A stretch of 59,268 nucleotides of DNA, the filler included, from Porpidia crustulata (taxonomy: Eukaryota): assembly GCA_964255105.1 (NCBI GenBank). It is 10 parts of 10 records of this genome, joined end to end, with 100 filler letters (N's around TTAATTAATTAA, not from the genome) between each part and the next. Parts side by side here need not be neighbours in the genome. Positions count along the whole stretch, not along the records: positions 23,797 to 29,634 come from CAXUWE010001688.1; positions 29,735 to 35,566 come from CAXUWE010001689.1; positions 35,667 to 41,497 come from CAXUWE010001690.1; 7 more parts are not named here. One strand, 5' to 3'. The position numbers and the translations under genes are program-made. How positions within the stretch are numbered: position 1 is the stretch's first letter; each line of letters starts with the position of its first letter. The notes beneath the pieces are model-generated. The model saw only the letters and a list, made by a program, of their open reading frames with translations, was not told the origin of the DNA and made no database searches. Positions 24,657 to 35,719 of the stretch are shown here, piece after piece.

Positions 24657-25064
24657 GGTAATAGCTGAAGGTCTAGTGCAGATTGTAAGGTCACTTAGTA
24701 GGATCTGTTACTGTAGAGATGATGAACAAATTGAGTAAGATTTCAATTTTCAGGCTGATGATTGTCGTTCTAAACCCAGTAGGAAGCTTGGAAGTCGACG
24801 GCTGGCGCGCGGGACCCATGACGTTTTCCCCGCAACATCTCTGTAGCGTCCCACTGGGCCAGATTCAAAGCTCTTGATGGGCCTGGATAGCACGCCAGCA
24901 GAGATCCATAGTTGGAACCGAATATCCCCATTTGAATACCCCATCTTCTAGATAGCATCGTTGAAGATAGAATTCAGCTGGCTTCGAAAACTGCATATAG
25001 CTCTCTATTTCTAGCATGAAGAGAGCACGACCATGACATCTTCATTTCCCTTGCCTGATTCGAT

Positions 25065-26564
25065 ATGTCAATCTCCGGACTTACTGCAGCATCACGTACA
25101 AGCACTGCTCCTGACCAGTTTGACCACGCCATCAAACTCATCGACACTACCAGACCAAACATCGAAGCAGATTCTGTTATCGGAGACTCTGAGGCATCAT
25201 CGTCTACAGGAGCGCCTCTAGCTCGACGGGGAACAAAAGGGACTTTAAGAGAAGAATTGGCCCGTCGGAAGTATGCCAAGTGGCAAGAAGATAAATCAAA
25301 GAAGGTTGAAGACCTTGCGACTCCGATCGACGACGGTAGTGACAACGCCAAAGACGATGTGACAAAACGAGCGGGTCGTTTGCGAGATAAAATACCCTTT
25401 AGACACAGAAAAGGAGGAGTTGTGTCAAAAGAGAAAGAAGACTATGTCGTTGATATACTTTATGAAAACCAGCGAGGCTCATTTTTCTGCGGCATTCCTC
25501 TGTATTCTGCTAATTCACTCCTCAATTTCGACCCTGCACCGTGGCAAACTTCCAATTTCACGGACAGTGCCGTCAATATCACCAATGCTCAAGTACCAGA
25601 CCCAAGCTGGACTTGGGCTTGGAGGTCTTGGTACGTCGATATGTCCCATGATGTTGACGAAGAGGGATGGGAATACTCTTTCAGTTTTCAGAAAGGCTTT
25701 GCTTGGCATGGTTCTCACCCATGGTTTCATTCCTTTGTCAGGCGAAGGAGATGGCTGAGGAAACGAGTAAAGGTACATCATTTGTACCCCCACAGAAAGC
25801 ATGGCGGCATGAAAGATGCACATATGCTCAATGCGGACTACTTCACAATAAACGCCAACCGAGATCCGAGCAGGGAATCTAGTGCGGACAGAACAACAAA
25901 CCATCATTCAAGCTACTTGAGTTCTGCCGGCAATTATGATAATCAGAGTGATAGCGATATGGACCTTGGAGAAATAAGTGACATTGCATTCCTCATGACA
26001 GTCCTTAGAAATGCAAGGGTTGATCGCGAAAAGATTGCAGCGGTCAAGAATTTCATGCAACACGGAGGCGATGAAATATTCTACCTTGGCGACCGAATGC
26101 CAGATATCATGGCTGTTTTTATTTACCCCAGTTCCCGTCAGCAACTTCAAGTCCACCTCCGCCAAACCCTTGACGATACCGTCAAAGAACAAGAAGGCTA
26201 TAGGAAAAGCGGAGAGTTTGAAATCGAGACATCCAAACGAAGGATTGGTGATTTACGTAAGGCTGTCAATGCAGCAGCTGAGCACGTCAATGTTCTCGAG
26301 TATTGGAGCGACCAGAGAGCAAAGAGTAACAAGATTAATCCTTCACCTGTTCATGCAGACAGCGCACACAATGTCGCGGCTCAAGATATTGATAGTATAG
26401 AAGAGAAAACTGATGAAGAAAGTGCTAAAGTTGAAAAGGAGATCAAAGGTATACCAGAAAGTGCAGGTGTTTCAGAAGAGCCTGGTATAAGATGGGACGC
26501 TACGGAAGATGACGTTCATCGTACAGCTCTTGGTACGCAGGCAAAGGGAAAGGCAAAGGTCTAG
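25065..26564 (+). CDS. mug65: Dysferlin/Pex24-type domain protein, Spo73/Mug65-like, 499 aa
   Basis: DILYENQRG, FDPAPW, VPDPSWTWAWRSWYVDMSHDVDEEGWEYSF, FVRRRRWLRKR. Divergent from the small gene at 24656. Confidence 0.8.
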   Translation: MSISGLTAASRTSTAPDQFDHAIKLIDTTRPNIEADSVIGDSEASSSTGAPLARRGTKGTLREELARRKYAKWQEDKSKKVEDLATPIDDGSDNAKDDVTKRAGRLRDKIPFRHRKGGVVSKEKEDYVVDILYENQRGSFFCGIPLYSANSLLNFDPAPWQTSNFTDSAVNITNAQVPDPSWTWAWRSWYVDMSHDVDEEGWEYSFSFQKGFAWHGSHPWFHSFVRRRRWLRKRVKVHHLYPHRKHGGMKDAHMLNADYFTINANRDPSRESSADRTTNHHSSYLSSAGNYDNQSDSDMDLGEISDIAFLMTVLRNARVDREKIAAVKNFMQHGGDEIFYLGDRMPDIMAVFIYPSSRQQLQVHLRQTLDDTVKEQEGYRKSGEFEIETSKRRIGDLRKAVNAAAEHVNVLEYWSDQRAKSNKINPSPVHADSAHNVAAQDIDSIEEKTDEESAKVEKEIKGIPESAGVSEEPGIRWDATEDDVHRTALGTQAKGKAKV

Positions 26565-27258
26565 CATTATCAATAGGCTTTTTCGGATGAGTGTAATCAG
26601 AGTACTGATATGGGTAACTAAACTTATAAAAATTGCATAGCGACGGCGCAGAGCAGGCTGTCGGACGGGCTCAAGCGCCTAGACACGGTGGAAAGCTGTA
26701 GCTTACTTGGTATAGAAATCTTTCGCCCATGTCCTTGACAACACGCCTCGCTACAGAGGCTAAGCAATAATCTTCTTTCCTTTTTCTACCTATATCATCA
26801 TTGAATTGAACAGAAGCAAAATAATGGGTAACCCAGCCAACAATCATTATCTGCCTTGTGTTTCCTTCGATGGTTTCGATCTAATTCTCGAAAGCGAGGC
26901 CCAAGGTCGAACGAGCCCTGGTCGTGGTTCTGTTGCTCTCAATAACAGCTCAATTATCCTGTCGTTCCAAATGCAGCTAATACCCTCATTAGTATCTTGT
27001 TCCATGTTCCCATAAGCGACACGCGTCGATGCAGAAGAAAAGGCTCCGTCAATTGCGAGTCAGAAATCAGCCGCATATATATTCCCGTACACGCGCAATC
27101 TACACTATCACGATTCTCAATTATGTCACTCCTTCAGACCCAAACCGACACCACTGCCATCAAATTAATGACGAGCCGATGCGCACAACCAACCCACATC
27201 TACCAGGACTACCTGCTCTACCGAGCAAACGGAATTATACCATTTCTTCTGTTCAGCC

Positions 27259-27819
27259 ATGCTACTACATCTGACTAAGCTTTTCCCGCTCTTCCTTGCT
27301 TTTCCCCAACCTGCAATCCAGATCGACTGCTTCCGTCCTCGCGCAGCTCCATACAGCAAGCTGCATCCCATCTCCTTCCAAGAATGCGCATCAACCAGCT
27401 CCCTCATCCTCCAAGGGGACAAAATGAAAGCCCCTATGCTCTTCTCCCGTTCTCCGACAGCCGGCTTCCAGGTGCCACACCAGTGGGTCAGAGGGAGCAG
27501 GTGCATGATTGAAATCGATGTCATGGACGAAGAGGATGAGGTCGTGATGACGCTGCAGGAAATCGCCGGAGTGGCGTTGGCAATTGCCAAGGTGTGCGTG
27601 CTACCGCCGGAGCTGGGCGGCAGGGAGAGGGTGCCAGAAACCGGGGTGGGGGCACGGAGGATGTGGATCAAGGTTCTGGGTATTGATTTGGCGGTCGGGA
27701 AGGACGGGAAAATAGAGGGAAATAAGATGCTGGTAGGAGGGCTGCGGTGGAATGGGACCACGATAGGGACGGAGCGGAGACGGGGAGTGGAGACGAGAGA
27801 GCTTGGAGTATCGGGGTAG
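27259..27819 (+). CDS. Putative small secreted protein, KP4/Ecp2-like Cys pattern, 186 aa
   Basis: Hydrophobic N-terminus; four Cys in C..C..FQVPHQW..GSRCMIEID..EIAGVALAIAKVCV..LGG pattern. Confidence 0.65.
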   Translation: MLLHLTKLFPLFLAFPQPAIQIDCFRPRAAPYSKLHPISFQECASTSSLILQGDKMKAPMLFSRSPTAGFQVPHQWVRGSRCMIEIDVMDEEDEVVMTLQEIAGVALAIAKVCVLPPELGGRERVPETGVGARRMWIKVLGIDLAVGKDGKIEGNKMLVGGLRWNGTTIGTERRRGVETRELGVSG

Positions 27820-28343
27820 AGAATGGTGCGAGGGGGTGTTCACGGAATGAGGTTATCGTCGTTGTGTGTTGACTATCTCCTCGTCGAACAATTTTGGAGC
27901 CATCATCTTCCAATAAAGTGTCAGATCTGTATATACGCATCTATAGTCCATTGGACTGGGAATACGAGACACCCAGAAGGCGAAGAGCACCCGCGCCAAG
28001 GGCTACCGGCACTTTTCTATCCATCCGACTAACAGGCCAAAGACAAGTCGACAGAAGCTTGCTTAAAAATTTGTAATGCAATTCTGAGTCTTGACATTTG
28101 CACAGGATCTATAGCATCTCGACAAACAACAAATCCAACAACTAAAACCTGTCATGCCAGTTGCAAACAATCGGTTGTAGTCTACGGCCACTGGACCTGG
28201 ACGTTTTGATAAGTTTCAGGTTCGGTTCGCGGACGTAGAAGACTCTTTGTCATTTGGTTCGAAAATACGTAATGCTTGTATGGTTCGGGAGGTACGATAA
28301 GGCGCAGGGTTTTTCGAGCAAGGATACAGAAAGGCCCAAGAAA

Positions 28344-28384
28344 GCGCGTCCTCACGCTGGGACGCGACTTCCTTACGCGCCAAA
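28344..28384. promoter_or_regulatory. Cluster of three MCB-like ACGCG cores upstream of cdt1
   Basis: GCGCGT at 28344, GACGCGA at 28361 and ACGCGCCAAA at 28375, about 100-140 bp before the ATG at 28483. Confidence 0.5.
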
Positions 28385-28482
28385 CACCGGCTCCCTAATA
28401 ACTTCCACTTCCTATGCGTGCATGCAAAGGAAGTCGCAACTTGCCCACGAAGAGTAACTTGCTACCTCCAAAGGAAACCGCA

Positions 28483-29634
28483 ATGCCTCCACCAACCCGG
28501 GTTTGTAAAGCTAGAGCGACAGCACGCAAAGCTTCCCCCGCGCCTGCCTCTCAGAGCATCACAGCTTTTGGCAAGATCTCGAAGTCACGAGTCGAACACC
28601 AATTAATTGGAAAGAGCAAGCTTGGACCGATACCCAACTCCCATTCGGAGCCGGCGAAATCTACTTGTGGTGGAGACGCACGGAAAAGAAAATTGACAGT
28701 TTCTGGAGATCCCTTACCTGCGGAGGCGCGAAAAAAAGCTAGGATTTCATCGGCGGAAGCGCAAGATCATGGAGAGGTTGATGAATCGACCACTTGGACC
28801 AAGACTGTCGCACAATCAGCATCGGCTCCGGGTGTTTCAAACCCAATATTGCGCCGCATGAGACCGACACCGCGGTCGACTGTGGTCAATACACCAACCA
28901 AAGGTGCTCGGAAATGTCTCGAATCCTTTATGCTCACATCGCCGGCGCCATCGCCTTCAAGTTCATCATCGTCGTCGAATAGCACCAAAACGCCTCCGTC
29001 CTCCCCTACAGCTCCCCTAAACCCCAGCCTACCATCTACAGAGCCTACGAAGTTACCTGACGATCTCCAAGAGCTCATTAATTTGCACTCTTCGCTGCTT
29101 ACAGCTTTATCACTTCACTACGCACACCATGGATCGATGACACCAGCAGACCTACGCATACTGAGGCCAAGCATCGAAAGATCATGGGGCAAAAGGAGAG
29201 TTTCGCTGGAAGATGTGAGGAGGTTACTGGCGCTGCAGGAAGGATTCGCGAATAATGAGGACAATACATGCTTTGGACTGACCACAGGTGCCCTCTCACT
29301 ATCGGATTATGGGTCAGGAAAAATTTGCATCGAGATAGCAGACAAGCCACAACAGCAACGAGTCCAAAGATGCTTCCTCGACGAGGAGCATCTAATAGCC
29401 CAGTACGCCGAAAATCTATCACAACGATGGACATTATTCATCTCTGCCAATTCGTCAAACCCTAAAACGGAGGTCTTCATCTCCAACCTCCCCCTTGCTC
29501 CCGTGACCGTCTGTGCCTCCCTCGCCAAAACCAGCGCCCTCCTAGCCAAAGGCCAACTCCGCCTCACAGAGCTCAAAGCCGGCGCCATCAGAGCCCAACA
29601 GAGATGCAACACCCCCAGCAACCTCCCTCCAGAC
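28483..29634 (+). CDS. cdt1: DNA replication licensing factor Cdt1-like, 3' truncated by contig end
   Basis: Basic disordered N-terminus with TP/SP sites, then LHSSLLTALSLHYAHHG, SWGKRRVSLEDVRRLL and LSDYGSGKICIE, typical of Pezizomycotina Cdt1. Confidence 0.72.
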
Positions 29635-29734
29635 NNNNNNNNNNNNNNNNNNNNNNNNNNNNNNNNNNNNNNNNNNNNTTAATTAATTAANNNNNNNNNN
29701 NNNNNNNNNNNNNNNNNNNNNNNNNNNNNNNNNN

Positions 29735-31811
29735 GTGTTGTAGATGCTTTGACTGCTGCGTTTGTGTCGGAAGTTTGCCAGGAGGGCACCCTATCTTTGC
29801 TGAAAGCATTGACAACGGGACGCTCGAGTGCGATTTTACTAACGCCGCCGCTTCGAAGCTTTTGCATTTCTTCATAAGGTACCGCTACCCTGGGCTCATC
29901 GTGAATATTGAAAGCCAAGTCCATATCAGGTAACATGTGGACAAATTGTTTCAACATCGCGAGTATTCCATCTTCCATCCATCGATGAGTCGGTACAAAG
30001 TTTTCACCCAAAGATGCGTTACCTTTACGGATAGTAATTTCCGCAACCTCGTTCCACGGATTGGAGAGAATCTCGCGTGTCCGTAACCGAATCTCCCCTG
30101 GTTGGAGCGCCCAAAATGGCAGCAAGTCTTCATTTATACTATCGTAGTCATCTATGACAAATGAAGACCTGGCTACAGCGAAGTCATACCATAAGTCGAA
30201 TCCCGGAGGTGGATAGCGCTGGTAGCGACGACGGTATTCGGACGTAGCTTCTTTGAGGGTCTTACTTGCTGAGGCTTGTGTTGCCCACGCCTCGGATTGT
30301 TGGTTGGCATCGCGAATAAGCAAATCGATGGGATGGAAGTCGATTATCTTGTTCGACGGAAATAGCAAAGATGCGCGGATAGCGAATAGGAAAACCAGCA
30401 GAACATTCAAAGACAGGAGTATCCGAGGTAAGAGACGCTGAGAAGGCTTAATCAATGCTGAATTTTCGGAAAATAAAAACATGTACCCAAAAAGCGCGAA
30501 TCCAACGAACAGTAAGATTACAGACATCACATTTGATTTTGGAAACGATTGTGGAAAGGGATCTCGGTCTGCCAAGGCGTGCACAAGGCTTGCGGAATAT
30601 GCACTCGCAAATTGTACCACCATCGCAAGATGCGCAACATAATAATCTCGAAGCTAATAGCGTTTAGAGTCTGGGCTTTCTTATCATCGTTTACCGACTT
30701 ACTAATGGCAATCCATAGAAAATAACTAGGGTTATGAGAAAAGTGTGGAAACTCAGACTTGCAAAATATCTTAAGTCGACTGCCAACGTCCAATCCCAAT
30801 AGCCAGGATGGGTGATAAAGGCAATAAAGCCACCGATGAACATCACTATTGCTGATGCCTTTAAATCAGTAGTCAGCTATTGTATTTAACCCATGGCTCA
30901 ATGCTTAGTCCAGCACTCACAATCAGTATCAAGGCCACTATCACGGGACTCATGTAAGGTTGATTGGTTGCTGCATCGTCCTTTTGAGCCTTGATGAGAC
31001 CTTCAATGCAGATTAAGATATAGCAATCGAGAGAGAGTCCCACAAGCTGCGTAATTGGTACGATACTTCTGGCAAACCAGGCATATTGACAGATGTAGGT
31101 GGAACGAGGTTCATTGATTGTCAAAGCTGTAAGTAAGTTTCCACAGCTTAACAACACGGCTGGAAAGAGGAATCTCGCTGGTCTTATGTCTGTCAGACGT
31201 ATGCTGGTTCTCTTGTCATGTTGATTATAAAAATAATCATAAGCTGTCAAAACGACTGGCATAAAACCCTAAGAGTTGATTAATTAAGTACGGCTACCTT
31301 AAGGAAAGAAAATGCTCACTTCAATCCCTGGGATCGTGCATTGCGATTGACCTCGGATCAACCTGAAGATCTCAACGCGAACACACAAAGCAATACTGAT
31401 AGATAGTAGGAAAATTCGCCCGATCTTAGGGGTTGGGCCAGAGACAACAGATTTGTGGAGACGGCCGTCCTGGGAGGAAGGCGAAGCATCGCGGCTTTGT
31501 AGAGGCAGCGAAGAATGGTTTGTTACTTTGGTAGGTGGAGCAAAAAGTCTGGGTGATTTCAAGCGCAGTAGTAATATAGTGGCGCCAGCAGTGAGGAAAA
31601 CGACGATTGACGATTGTGTTGGCCGTGCTATATTGTTTCCATGGTTAGATTACCGACTACAAGATGGCATGCCTTGGGTTACCATAGATGAAAGCATGCT
31701 CATATGACAAGGAAATAATGCATGATGTAGTTATGAGAATTCTATTGGGAAAGTCAGCGCTAGAGTACAGCATTCCATGGTCCTGGAATCGTACGCAAGG
31801 GATAGTAGCAT
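29735..31811 (-). CDS. GT90 (CAP10/Cxt1-like) glycosyltransferase with multi-TM N-terminus, multi-exon, 3' truncated; start uncertain
   Basis: HPIDLLI, EYRRRYQRYPPPGFDLWYDFA, IDDYDSINEDLLPFW, LPDMDLAFNIHDEPRV. Upstream hydrophobic exons are linked by GT-AG introns near 31680, 31320, 30920 and 30700. Confidence 0.85.
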
Positions 31812-32407
31812 GGCCAAGGTGCCAACCAAGAATAAGATGTATCTGCATTCTGTCAGTAGCCATATACCATGGTTGTTTCTCTACAGACATTTATGGAATT
31901 GAAGCTCAAATCCAAAGACCTATTAAATCACCTCCAACTCTCCTGGTCTCTTCGATCTCCCTTAGGCCAACTGTCCGTAAAACGTGGCCAATATCAGCCT
32001 CATTCTAATCTGCAATCACCCGCCACTAGACGTGAAGTTTAAATAAAACCTTAAATATGCTCGAAATTCTAAGATCCGAAGTGATATCTAGAAGCATTAT
32101 CAGGTTTTTCATTATATGAAAGGAAGATACCCCCGATCTTAAAGCACAGACTTCAAATCGAAAACTAAGGCCTCTAAAATCCTTGGCTCTGACGAGAAAC
32201 ACCCAGAATAATTTCAAGGTAGCTGACTGAAAGAGGAAATATTGCAACTCAGCGTATCGATGTCTCCTTGATTACCATCATCTTGTATTCAGTATGAAGA
32301 TTATTATAAAGCTTTCGACATCATTACGTGTCTGAGGATTGACAGAAGTATCTGTCGTAGAGAGGCCTCCCATCGCTGAGAGATTGGGAGCGTGTGCATA
32401 AATCACG

Positions 32408-35400
32408 ATGCCTCGGAAAGCAGTGTATGTCCTCGTTCAATTAATCATCGTGAAATTATTTCGGACTTTTGACTCCATCTTAGGGATTCACGTATCCCTG
32501 CTCTTATTCGAAATGGAATTCAGGTCAGAATTGTTCTCGAATGACCACACTCAAACATCGGACGTTGATACGTGCAAACTAGGAGAAGAAACGTAGTTTT
32601 ATTGTCGTGGTGGGAGATAGAGCCAAAGATGTTATTGTCCACTTGCATTATATCATGTCAAGCGTGGACATCAAGCAGAATAAGTCCGTCTTATGGGCAT
32701 ATAAGAAAGACCTTTTGGGCTTCACAAGGTATGTACTTGTCCATTTCAGACGGATCTAGGGCTTGCGTGACTTTGTTCATGGTAGTCATCGGAAAAAGCG
32801 AGAAAATAAGATCAAGAAAGAGATCAAACGTGGCATCCGTGAAGCCAATACGGAGGATCCATTCGAATTATTCTTAGCGCTACATAATATACGATATGTG
32901 TACTATAAGGAAACTGATAAAATTCTCGGGAATACCTTCGGTATGTGCATATTACAAGATTTTGAAGCAATAACCCCGAATCTGCTGGCAAGAACCATTG
33001 AAACAGTCGAAGGTGGAGGGCTAGTACTATTACTTCTCAAGGGAATGAAAAGTCTAAAACAGCTGTATACCCTGTCAATGGATACACATTCAAGGTATCG
33101 GACAGAGGCACACTATGATGTCACTGCTCGATTCAACGAACGCTTTGTACTATCGCTGGGTAGTTGTGATTCTTGCCTCCTTGTGGATGACGAGTTAAAT
33201 GTTCTACCGATATCAGGGGGCAAGAACGTCAAGCCCCTCCCACCACCCGACCCAGATAGCGATGGGAAGACACCATCTAGGAAAGAGCTTGATGAAATTA
33301 AGGAGAGCTTAGCTGACTCACAGCCTGTTGGCTCCTTGGTCCAGCTTGCAAAAACTGTCGATCAGGCAAGGGCGCTTTTGACGTTTGTTGATGCCATTGC
33401 AGAGAAGACGCTGCGAAGTACGGTAACTCTGACCGCAGCTCGTGGAAGAGGGAAGTCCGCGGCTTTGGGAGTAGCGATTGCAGCCGCTATATCACACGGA
33501 TATAGCAATATATTTATTACTTCACCTAGCCCTGAGAACCTGAAATCCCTCTTTGAGTTCATCTTCAAGGGCTTCGATGCTCTGAACTACCAAGATCACC
33601 TCGACTACGCCATTATTCAATCGACTAATCCAGACTTTAATAAAGCAATAGTGAGAGTCAACGTTCACCGGAATCACAGACAAACGATACAGTATATTCA
33701 GCCCCAAGACGCTTATACATTGGGGCAGGCGGAGCTCCTCGTTATCGATGAAGCAGCCGCAATACCTCTTCCACTAGTACGTAAGCTGATGGGCCCCTAT
33801 CTCGTTTTCATGGCTTCGACAATCAATGGATATGAAGGCACAGGTAGATCTTTGTCTCTGAAACTGATACAACAATTACGCGAACAATCAAGGGGAGTTG
33901 TCAAGGCAATTAATGCCAACGATGGAGATATAGCAGATCGATCCGGCCATAGCAATGGGGAGAATTCACATGCCAGGGGCCGTGCTTTGAGGGAAATTAC
34001 ATTATCAGAGCCTATTCGATACGCGCAGGGCGATTCAGTCGAGAAATGGCTCAATAAAGTACTATGTCTGGATGCGACCTTGCCTGCATCAAAACTCAAT
34101 GCACAGGGATGCCCTCACCCTTCGAAATGCGAACTCCTCCATGTCAATCGAGATACCCTCTTTTCATTCCATCCAGTTTCCGAAAAGTTTCTCCAACAAA
34201 TGATTGCACTCTATGTCGCCAGCCATTACAAGAATTCGCCAAATGACCTACAATTAATGAGCGATGCCCCTGCCCACCAACTATTCGTTCTCGTTCCTCC
34301 AATCGACGATGAAAGCTCCCGTCTACCAGAACCTCTATGCGTCATTCAAGTCGCACTCGAAGGCCAAATCAGCCGCCAGAGTGTCCTCAACAGTCTTAGC
34401 CGCGGCCAGCGAGCAGGCGGCGACCTAATTCCTTGGCTTGTAAGCCAACAATTTCAAGACGAAGAATTCGCCGGTCTTTCAGGTGCCCGTATTGTTCGAA
34501 TTGCCACCAACCCCGAATACACTAATATGGGCTATGGTAGCCGTGCTCTCACACTCCTCACCGATTTCTACGAAGGCAAATTCACCTCCCTCTCAGAAAC
34601 TGAGCCCCCCGAGCCAGATTCCATGGTCCGCGTAACCGACACTGAACTCGAACAATCCTCCCTCCTCTCCGACACCATCAAAGTCCGAGACATCCACAGC
34701 ATGCCTCCCCTCTTCTCGAAACTCTCCGAGCGCCGCCCAAATCCCCTCGACTACATCGGCGTTTCCTTCGGCCTCACGGCGCCTTTGCACAAATTCTGGA
34801 AACGCGCTGCCTTCGCCCCTGTTTACCTGCGCCAAACGCCCAACGATCTCACCGGCGAACACACATGCATCATGCTGCGCGCACTCTCAACTAGCACGAA
34901 TGACCCGGCCTGGTTGGGCGCATTCACGCGCGACTTCCACAAGCGTTTCCTGTCCCTGCTATCCTTCCAATTCCGCGCCTTCCCGTCCGTCCTCGCTCTC
35001 AGCATCAACGAATCCACGAACACAGGTTCGAAGCTCGACCCCGGCAGTGCCGCCCACGTGCTTACAAAGCAAGAACTCGACGAATCCTTCTCCCCCTTCG
35101 ATCTCAAGCGGCTCGACAGCTACGCGAACAACATGCTCGACTACCACGTCATCCTCGACCTGATCCCGCAGATCGCCACCCTCTTCTTCACCGCGCGCCT
35201 GTCCCCCGCCATCTCACTCACCGGCGTGCAATCCTCCATCCTACTGGCCATCGGCTTGCAGCGCAAAGTCCTCGAGGACGTCGAGAAAGAGCTCGGGCTA
35301 CCGACGAGCCAGCTGCTAGCCATGTTCGTCAAGATCGTCCGGAAGGTGTCCGCGCATTTCCGCTCGTTGGTGGAAGGGGCCTTCGCGCAAGACATCCCTG

Positions 35401-35566
35401 CGCCCGCGCCTACAGTGGATACCGTGGACGTTGGAGACAACAAAGAAGCGGCCAGGTTCGCACCACTAAGTCAAGACCTCAATGACGAACTACGTGAAGG
35501 CGGCGACGCCATCAATGCGGACCTAAAGGAAAAACAACGCGCCCTCATTGACGCCCTCCCCTTATC
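32408..35566 (+). CDS. KRE33: RNA cytidine acetyltransferase Kre33/NAT10, exons 32408-32424, 32484-32523, 32583-32728, 32786->35566, 3' truncated
   Basis: Spliced N-terminus MPRKAVDSRIPALIRNGIQEKKRSFIVVVGD; Walker A TAARGRGKSAALG; LVIDEAAAIP; SHYKNSPNDLQLMSDAP; GNAT RIATNPEYTNMGYG. Confidence 0.97.
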
Positions 35567-35666
35567 NNNNNNNNNNNNNNNNNNNNNNNNNNNNNNNNNN
35601 NNNNNNNNNNTTAATTAATTAANNNNNNNNNNNNNNNNNNNNNNNNNNNNNNNNNNNNNNNNNNNN

Positions 35667-35719
35667 TTTGGTGGGGTGTGCGTTTAGTGTCGGCGTGCGT
35701 TTAGTGTCGGATTACGTTA
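35667..35719 (-). mobile_element. Terminal inverted repeat of a Tc1/mariner (pogo/Fot1-like) DNA transposon with TA target site
   Basis: Minus strand reads TA|ACGTAATCCGACACTAAACGCACGCCGACACTAAACGCAC..., with a 16-bp unit repeated at period 17 (35678, 35695). It sits at the contig break. Confidence 0.7.

Noticed and set aside
32370..32380. PAC-like motif (GCGATGGG on minus) upstream of KRE33
   Set aside because: Single imperfect match with no accompanying RRPE; not distinguishable from chance.
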